This document shows positions 62,310-64,000 of a stretch of 64,000 bases of DNA, piece by piece. Numbering within the stretch: position 1 is the stretch's first letter; each line of letters opens with the position of its first letter. Below the pieces are notes generated by a model. It searched no databases and was not told the origin of the DNA. It was given only the letters and a program-made list of their open reading frames with translations. A program made the position numbers and the translations under genes. The stretch comes from Planctomycetota bacterium (lineage in GTDB: Bacteria > Planctomycetota > B15-G4 > SIAN01), in NCBI GenBank assembly GCA_016795285.1, contig JAEUIC010000019.1, forward strand, positions 10,442 to 74,441, written 5' to 3'.

Positions 62310-64000
62310 TCAGCTGCCCGTCGGGCGCCGGAACGGGATCGCGATGGTGTCGAGGTTCGGCAGCAGGAGCGACGTCTTGCTGCCGGTCAGCGTGGCGCGG
62401 AAGGCGATGTTGCCCTTCGTGTCGGCGACATCGACCGAGGTGGAGAAGCCGGTGCCGGTCGCCCCCTTGGTGTTCACCGCCCCCTCGAACTCGAGCACGA
62501 CCGAGGTGCCCACCGGCTGCGACGAGAGCGGCGGGTAGACGATCGCCGGGAAGTAGTCGGGCAGCGCCGTGTTCGACGGGTAGACGCGGACGTAGGGCGA
62601 GGTGATCCGCGACGTGGTCTTCACGTAGTCGAAGACGGCGAGGTAGCGCGAGTTGTCGCCGGGGACGGGCGCGGTCGAGGTGGTGTTGCCCTTCGCGCAG
62701 CGCGCCGCCGGCTGGTTCAAGTTGTCGGGATTGAGCCTCGTGGTGGGCGAGCCCTGCGATCCGACGCGCCAGCGAGGGCTGCCGTTGAAGTCGATCAAGC
62801 AGCCGATGACGAAGGAGAAGCCGTTCTGCCCGGTGACGGTGGTCGTCTGCGGCCGGACGCGCACCTCGAAGAGGAGGCTGTCGCCGCCGAGGTTGCCGTT
62901 GTTCGAGGTCCGGTAGTCGCCCCACTCCTCGCCGCAGGTGTTGTAGGAGCTGTTCACCGACTTGCGCAGGTCGATCTCCGCCTGCGGGAGGTCGCCGTTG
63001 TTGTACTGGAACGGCACCGAGAAGACCGGCCACGGGTGCCACGCGTTGCCGTCGCCCGGCGGCGTGAAGACGTTCGGCTGGGTCACGCGGTACTGCGTGC
63101 CCGGCTGCACCACCGTGACCAGCGTGTCCCAGTGGTTCGGCGCGTGGTCGCTGCCGCAGCCCGCGCCCGGGCAGGGATTCGTGCCGCCGTCGATGAGGTC
63201 GATGAACGTCGCGTAGTCGAACGGGATGCTCATGCCGCTCGACGGGTAGGAGGCGCCGCCGGTGTTGTTCTGCGAGATCGGGCGGATCGGCGCGTGGGCG
63301 CAGTGGATCGAGATGTTGTCGTAGACGTCGGTCGAGACGTTGCCGCCGATCGGCGCCCAGCTCACCTGGTAGAGATCGAGCAGCGTGCCGGCCAGCGCAG
63401 CGCTGTTCGGCGAGCAGTCGAAGTCGCGCCACACCGTCTGGAAGCGCGCGCCGTCGTGCGGCTGGTTCTGGGCCGTCACGTTCGAGGTGAGCGGCTCGGG
63501 CAGGCCGGTGAAGAGCTTCGAGAACTGCCCCTCGGGCGGGAAGAACTCGTCGTGGATCTTGGTGACGTAGACGACCGGCGAGCCGGCGAGGATGCCGTTC
63601 GACTGCAGGTTCACGTCGGGGATCGGCCGGTAGTAGTTCGGCTGGTCGCGGTAGCCGACGCCCGGCAGCCCGGTGGCCGGATCGATGCCCGTCACCGGGC
63701 GCCCGCGCATGCGATGGACGATCACGCCCCAGCTCTCGACCAGCGGCGGGAACGGCTGGGTGATCGCCGCTTCGGTCGCCGTGAACGTGGTGGAGTAGCG
63801 AATCGCCGGGTTGGCCGGATCGAAGCGCGAATCGGGGAAGCCGAGCGGCTGCCCGCCGAGGTCGACCACGCCGAGCACGCCATCGTCGAGGAACGTCGTG
63901 TAGGCGCTCGAGCCGAGCTTCTGCTGCAGGTAGCTCGCACGCGGGACGGTCGTGATGTTGAGCTGCAGGTTCTTCGACGACTTGCCCCAGCCGACCAGCT
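62310..64000 (-). CDS. Hypothetical secreted protein rich in Asn/Thr/Gly/Pro/aromatics, 3' part only; 5' end beyond the window
   Basis: Frame of ORF 62310..63878 stays open upstream of its first Met to the window end (...LVGWGKSSKNLQLNITTVPRASYLQQKLGSSAYTTFLDDGV-LGVVDLGG...). The composition is typical of extracellular beta-rich proteins. The alternative ORF 62149..63432 is R-rich junk. Confidence 0.55.
   Translation of the reverse strand, partial: LVGWGKSSKNLQLNITTVPRASYLQQKLGSSAYTTFLDDGVLGVVDLGGQPLGFPDSRFDPANPAIRYSTTFTATEAAITQPFPPLVESWGVIVHRMRGRPVTGIDPATGLPGVGYRDQPNYYRPIPDVNLQSNGILAGSPVVYVTKIHDEFFPPEGQFSKLFTGLPEPLTSNVTAQNQPHDGARFQTVWRDFDCSPNSAALAGTLLDLYQVSWAPIGGNVSTDVYDNISIHCAHAPIRPISQNNTGGASYPSSGMSIPFDYATFIDLIDGGTNPCPGAGCGSDHAPNHWDTLVTVVQPGTQYRVTQPNVFTPPGDGNAWHPWPVFSVPFQYNNGDLPQAEIDLRKSVNSSYNTCGEEWGDYRTSNNGNLGGDSLLFEVRVRPQTTTVTGQNGFSFVIGCLIDFNGSPRWRVGSQGSPTTRLNPDNLNQPAARCAKGNTTSTAPVPGDNSRYLAVFDYVKTTSRITSPYVRVYPSNTALPDYFPAIVYPPLSSQPVGTSVVLEFEGAVNTKGATGTGFSTSVDVADTKGNIAFRATLTGSKTSLLLPNLDTIAIPFRRPTGS

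Overview
This is a very GC-rich (about 70%+) bacterial chromosomal segment. From codon usage and gene content it is probably a Myxococcota-like deltaproteobacterium, though that taxon call is inference. Because of the GC content, almost every real gene is shadowed by long R/A/G-rich ORFs in other frames and on the opposite strand. I chose genes by recognisable family motifs, sensible amino-acid composition, signal peptides and start/stop coupling, not by ORF length. I support about 48 CDS, one tRNA-Gln(CUG), two intrinsic-terminator-like hairpins and three repeat features.

Housekeeping genes include dinB, pit with its PhoU-like DUF47 partner, an ABC-F ATPase, cysS, nusA-infB-rbfA, thiS-thiG, agmatinase, a KamA-family lysine aminomutase and a LarE-like PP-loop ATPase. 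Interspersed are many secreted or surface proteins: a DUF2961/GH172 fragment, a sulfatase-like enzyme, a parallel beta-helix protein, an S8 protease, a 1679-aa multidomain hydrolase, a 1050-aa protein made of CarboxypepD_reg-like repeats and a GH-A-like TIM-barrel protein. There is also a blaI-blaR1-type repressor/M56 protease pair.

The most interesting locus is a co-directional minus-strand gene string at 32.5-43.9 kb. It encodes a Ser/Thr kinase fused to a P-loop ATPase and TPR-like region, then a PfkB sugar kinase, a 593-aa secreted orphan, a radical SAM/SPASM protein, and two ATPase+permease ABC-2 pairs. Every adjacent pair from the kinase through the orphan, and the three junctions among the ABC genes, has 4-nt ATGA/GTGA start-stop overlap. 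The orphan-rSAM and rSAM-ABC junctions are separated by short gaps instead. It looks like an uncharacterised maturation/export module.

Other oddities are listed in the findings: an inverted DUF503 gene inside the infB-rbfA region, a long-tailed RbfA, a candidate nusA leader attenuator, a nested inverted-repeat element between agmatinase and the ABC genes, an agmatinase with a histone-H1-like tail, and an unknown gene start-coupled to thiG. I saw no CRISPR array, transposase or integrase.
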